Below, in pieces: positions 59,864 to 64,000 of a stretch of DNA of 64,000 nucleotides. A program made the position numbers and the translations under genes. The stretch's first letter is position 1, and each line of letters begins with the position of its first letter. The notes under the pieces are model-generated. The model was not told the origin of the DNA, searched no databases, and saw nothing but the letters and a program-made list of their open reading frames with translations. The DNA is from an uncultured Spirochaetota bacterium (GTDB lineage Bacteria > Spirochaetota > Spirochaetia > SZUA-6 > Fen-1364), in contig CAVUXE010000044.1 in assembly GCA_963745235.1 (NCBI GenBank), positions 98,187 to 162,186 on the forward strand, written 5' to 3'.

Positions 59864-60973
59864 TTTGAGGCTCGCCAAATTTCCGGACAAGGAATTTCTT
59901 TTGTGGCATAATATTCTCTATGGAGAGGGGAAAAAAGAGGCTCGAGAAGTTGCGGAAACGCCGCCAGAAAGCGGTCGTCCTTTTCGAGCAGGGTGAGCGG
60001 CAGTGCAGCGTCGCTCAGCATTTGCGGGTCAGTCGCCAAAGCGTGAGCGAGTGGTGGCTGGCATGGCACAACGGGGATACAAAGGCATTGAACGGCGCAA
60101 CGCGGGCCGGCAGAAAACCCCGGTTGGACGCGGAACAATTGGCGCTGGTGGAGAAGGAACTTATTCGTGGGGCTACCGCCCATGGATGGGAAACAGAGTT
60201 GTGGTCGCTGCCACGCGTAGCGAAGCTCATCAATAGCGTCACCGGGGTGAGCTATCACCCTGGTCATGTGTGGAAAATCTTGCGTCAGATGAATTGGAGT
60301 CTGCAACGACCGACGCTGAGGGCCAAGGAACGAGATGAGGAAAAGATCCGTCAGTGGAAGATTCGGACCTGGGAAGAGCAAAAAAAACTCCAAAATCTTC
60401 CGTGCATGGGTAGTTTTCCTCGATGAAAGTGGCCTTTCTCAGAAACCTCCTGTGAGACGGACTTGGGCGCCGAGAGGCAAGACACCCGTGCTTCGGCATT
60501 GCTTCAATTGGAAGAAGCTGTCCATCTGCTCGGCGATCGGCTACCGATGGGACGGGAAGCAGTGTCGGTTATTCTTTCGCATTGTTCCCGACAGCTATGA
60601 CTCCGAAAAGCTCATAGATTTTGTTTCCCAGCTTCGCAGAGAGTTCCATGGCAGGAAAGTCATCCTTATCTGGGACGGCCTGCCGGCCCACCGCAGCCGC
60701 CTGATGACTGAGTATCTGACGCAGCAGAGCAAATGGTTGACAGTGGTACGCCTACCTCCCTATGCCCCTGAGCTGAACCCCGTCGAGGGAGTCTGGGGGA
60801 ACATAGAGGGGCAGGAACTCGCAAACCGATGCTCGGATGATCTGGGAGGAATGGTAAAGGGAGTGCGTGATGGCTTTACCCGCGTCCGTTCCCAAAGCTG
60901 GCTCCCGCTTTCCTTTCTAAAACACGCGGGACTTTCCTTTGGCTAAACCGTCATCATTTTATGCGAGGCTCAA
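59864..60973 (+). mobile_element. IS630-family insertion sequence
   Basis: Flanked by TA at 59862-63 and 60974-75; imperfect TIRs TTGAGGCTCGC / GCGAGGCTCAA. Confidence 0.85.
59920..60946 (+). CDS. IS630 transposase in two overlapping ORFs (HTH + DDE)
   Basis: OrfA HTHs (VSRQSVSEW, WSLPRV, YHPGHVWKIL); OrfB FLDESG, LIWDG, LPPYAPELNPVE; junction at A8 tract 60380-60387. Confidence 0.9.
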
Positions 60974-61038
60974 TAACACGTGGGCAGACCCCATTCGGCA
61001 ATGTCGTTCGCCTCACGGTGACGCGTGACTACTTTGAA

Positions 61039-61644
61039 TCATCTTCGAGGCCGGCCAATCTTCCGCGGCGGATGAACCGACGCTCGGATCTTCTCGGAAC
61101 GTGCGAGGCTCCGCCGGTGCCGTCCGGCAATGTGCCCGAATATCTCTGGAGTGGGCAATCTGGGATTCACGAAAATCCCAGCCACGAAAAACTCGGCAAG
61201 ATTGAGGAACCTCGTGCCCATGGGTATCGCGCCGCTTCTCTTTCTCTTGGCTATGTAGTCTTGGACAAGGTCTTTTGCTCTTGGGTAGTCAGGGTACAGG
61301 ACCCTGACGATCGAGTCGTTGTAGCCTTCTATCGCCACGCCAGTTCGCAAGTTGTTCATCCGCGGAAACAGGACATCTGACGGTATGCGTGCAAACGACA
61401 GGATGGAAAGAATCAGGGACATATCCATTTGCGAATAGACCCGCACAAGATCTCTCGGGCGCAGTCCCTTGCGTATAGATCGAAGATAAATGTTGCTGAG
61501 TTTTCTCTCATCCAGATTGGCAAACGGACGGGCTCCAGCCCGGTTCTGCAAGAGTTTCCTCAAGACGCGGACAAGAACGAAAGCGAGAAGGAACAGGCAC
61601 CCCATGATGAATACGACTTGCTCGATTGGTATTCTTTGTCTCAT
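61039..61644 (-). CDS. Hypothetical membrane-anchored protein
   Basis: N-terminal TM helix; GGAG RBS; no motif recognised. Confidence 0.5.
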   Translation of the reverse strand: MRQRIPIEQVVFIMGCLFLLAFVLVRVLRKLLQNRAGARPFANLDERKLSNIYLRSIRKGLRPRDLVRVYSQMDMSLILSILSFARIPSDVLFPRMNNLRTGVAIEGYNDSIVRVLYPDYPRAKDLVQDYIAKRKRSGAIPMGTRFLNLAEFFVAGIFVNPRLPTPEIFGHIAGRHRRSLARSEKIRASVHPPRKIGRPRR

Positions 61645-61776
61645 TTTCTCCCCCACGATCGAAGGCACCGTCCTTGCGAGCGGTGCCTCGGCAGATGCCT
61701 GTTCAATTCGACCTTGACGGAACATCCGCAGGGCGCGTAACGAGAAAGAGGACACCCGCTCGATCCGGCTCCCCGG

Positions 61777-62316
61777 TCACCATCGGTCGTGGTGAACTAT
61801 CTCCTTGAAGTCTTTCCTCTTCCTTGGCCGCGGCTCGTCCTCTGCATAACCAACGGTCAGTATTGCTACAAGGAACTTGTCTTTCGGTATTTCAAGAATA
61901 TGCCTGACCTCGTTCTGCCTGAACCATGCAACCCAACATGTCCCCAATCCCAAGGCGGTCGCTTCCAGCACCAGGTGCTCGATTGCTATTGCCGTGTCTC
62001 TTATGACCTGCTTGAGCTCGAACTGCGGACTCTCTTCGTCCAGGACAATGTCTTCACGCGTGCTGAGCCGTGACCGAATATCGGCGACGCACCCGATGAA
62101 GACCGGAGCAGTCAGCATCCACGTTTGATCATGGGAGACGCGAGCGACCTGCTGTTTGATTTCTTCATTCCTGATGACAATGAAATGCCATGGTTGGGTG
62201 TTGCTGCCCGAGGGTGCGACCCGGCCGCTTTCCAGTATGTTTTCGATGGTCGTATCATCAACGGGTCTATTTGCATACTTCCGAACGCTTCGGCGGGTTT
62301 GAATTTCCTTGATCAT
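61777..62316 (-). CDS. Nitroreductase family protein
   Basis: RRSVRKY, APSGSNTQPW, GLGTCWV, LTVGY. Confidence 0.92.
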   Translation of the reverse strand: MIKEIQTRRSVRKYANRPVDDTTIENILESGRVAPSGSNTQPWHFIVIRNEEIKQQVARVSHDQTWMLTAPVFIGCVADIRSRLSTREDIVLDEESPQFELKQVIRDTAIAIEHLVLEATALGLGTCWVAWFRQNEVRHILEIPKDKFLVAILTVGYAEDEPRPRKRKDFKEIVHHDRW

Positions 62317-62600
62317 CGAACGGCAATCCTCCATTCGCTACGCAATCGTTTGCCCACTGATTCTCTGCCAGGTCAACTTCGAACCTCTTCAGTTGCGGAT
62401 GGTTCCTGTACCCTCGCGTTTCGCCCACGGACCGCCGGCGCCGGCCGCCCCTTTCCGCAATACCGCAACAGGCCGCTTGGCGTCGAGATAGCCTGGGCTG
62501 ATTGACCGGAGCCTCACTGTGGGGGAGTTCCGTCGCGGTCAGGAGCCACATTTTGGAACCCCGCGAAAATAGAACGAGTCAACCGCCTGCGGGTTCAAAG

Positions 62601-63377
62601 TCATTGACTCGGTTCCGCCAGGAAGGAAAGAACTTCTTTGTTGAACTCCTTTCTATTCTCAGAGTTTATGGAATGAGATCCGTTTCTGATCCCTACCAGG
62701 CGCGCTTTCGGAATCCGCAAGGCGATAAGGTCCGAGGAGCTTGGCCGTATTACACGATCCTTTGTTCCGGTAAGAACAAGCGTTGGGGCCTTTATCAGGT
62801 GGAGTCTATCGCTTGTATCGTGCGTTCGGATGGCTGCGCCTTGCGATTCAAAGCCACCCAGCCTGGTTCTGGCTATCAAGCGCACCAGGAGGACAATGAA
62901 GAATCTCGCCAGAGGCCTGTTGTTGGCAAGCCAGGCCAATCTGATTCGGGTCTCCACGGCGTCCAGTCCTGAGCCCTTTGTGTACTCGTCGGTTGGACCG
63001 CTGCCTCCATTCTGACACGCAAAAGTAGATCCGAGCACAAGTTTCAGGACTCGAGTTGGATAGTTTATTGCAACCTCTTGTGCAATCATCCCGCCCATGG
63101 AAAGGCCCAGGACGTTGGCGGCCGTTATCTGAAGGCGATCCATGAGGCCAATGACATCATCCGCCAATAATCTCATGGAGTAGGGTCCGCTCGGCGTGCC
63201 GGATTTTCCAACGCCCCGGTTATCAAATGCAACTACTCGGAAGCGCTTTCGAAAGGCGCGCAATTGAAAAACCCATGCTCGCAGATCCGTGCCCCACCCG
63301 GCAATCAGAACAAGGGGCTCGCCCTTCCCCGTAACGCGATAATTGAGCTTGATTCCGTTCACGTCGGCTATCGACAA
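62601..63377 (-). CDS. Alpha/beta hydrolase
   Basis: FDNRGVGKS, GLSMGG nucleophile elbow, G..D, GSH. Confidence 0.9.
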   Translation of the reverse strand: MSIADVNGIKLNYRVTGKGEPLVLIAGWGTDLRAWVFQLRAFRKRFRVVAFDNRGVGKSGTPSGPYSMRLLADDVIGLMDRLQITAANVLGLSMGGMIAQEVAINYPTRVLKLVLGSTFACQNGGSGPTDEYTKGSGLDAVETRIRLAWLANNRPLARFFIVLLVRLIARTRLGGFESQGAAIRTHDTSDRLHLIKAPTLVLTGTKDRVIRPSSSDLIALRIPKARLVGIRNGSHSINSENRKEFNKEVLSFLAEPSQ

Positions 63378-63516
63378 GGTTCGGTCACCACGACTCGCTG
63401 CGCGACTCCGCACTCCACGGCAAGGTCATGGGTTGGCGTCATAGGCCCATTGATCGGTATGCCCTTTGCCATCATGAAAGCCGCAAGTCCTCCGGGGATG
63501 AACACAATAAGCAAAG

Positions 63517-64000
63517 TCAAAAGCTGATCGATTCCTCACAAGAATCGGTGTACGGCCTGATTCTTTCATAGTTCCTGGAGAATCTCAACCGCGAGTCGAC
63601 TTGACGCACAAGTGCGTCAGTGGACTTCTCATTGTAGAGTCTGCAGACTTTCCTGGTATCCAGCCCAAGGATTTTGCATGCCTCAAGGGTCGGACAGCAG
63701 TTCTTTGAATGGAATACTATCTCTCTCTCATTCAGGCTGTCGAAAAAGCCAGTCGCTTCCAGGAACATTCATTGTTTGGCCCGACCGCATGTTGTACGAT
63801 AAGGAGACCGAATCCGCCATTCGTGAAGCATGGGAGGGACTTCGTCCCGGCATTCCTCGTTCCGAATCGAGCTCAGATGCTTCTGCTCACAGAGGTTGAG
63901 CCTCTCGACAGTCGCTCCTGAGGGGAGCGCGGTGCATATCATAGAACGAGCTAGTAGATTCTTTGGACACGCGCGCAATTGAAGAATCATATGAAGTGAA
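63517..64000 (-). CDS. C-terminal part of a hypothetical Cys-containing protein (frameshifted, starts beyond window)
   Basis: HSKNCCPTLEACKILGLDTRKVC...F.RNY..IRPY...CEE; upstream frames disrupted. Confidence 0.45.

Noticed and set aside
59722-60393. N-terminal extension of the GNAT ORF to 395 aa
   Set aside because: It runs antisense through the IS630 transposase and is a chance open frame.
51640-64000. Integron cassette array
   Set aside because: No integrase in the window and no convincing paired RYYYAAC...GTTRRRY attC sites found by eye.

Overview
GC-rich bacterial chromosomal segment; gene content and the short ParE/ParC type suggest a free-living spirochaete, which is inference. Many core genes carry single-base frameshifts that look like long-read assembly errors. 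Left to right: a complete Pho/polyphosphate locus (phoBR, pstSCAB, phoU, ppx, ppk1, sixA, CYTH-CHAD, ParA-like ATPase) with a four-repeat Pho box; tag-nudC; a probably sigma54-driven Hsp20; sugar kinase, dehydrogenase and PocR-AraC genes; ddl; topoisomerase IV; a GntR/LacI-regulated sugar ABC + GH127 + two UroD/MtaA-family genes; and a lower-GC accessory tail with an IS630. The best candidate for an undescribed system is the four-gene operon at 27003-31558. It encodes a DUF2207-like membrane protein whose reconstructed C-terminus is a Cys-every-fourth repeat ([20 protein letters not shown] x4-ACVS-GGAH). That gene is translationally coupled to a radical SAM/SPASM enzyme with a PqqD/RRE-like N-terminus and is flanked by two uncharacterised membrane proteins. 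This suggests RiPP-like modification of a membrane protein tail. No rRNA, tRNA or CRISPR array was recognised.
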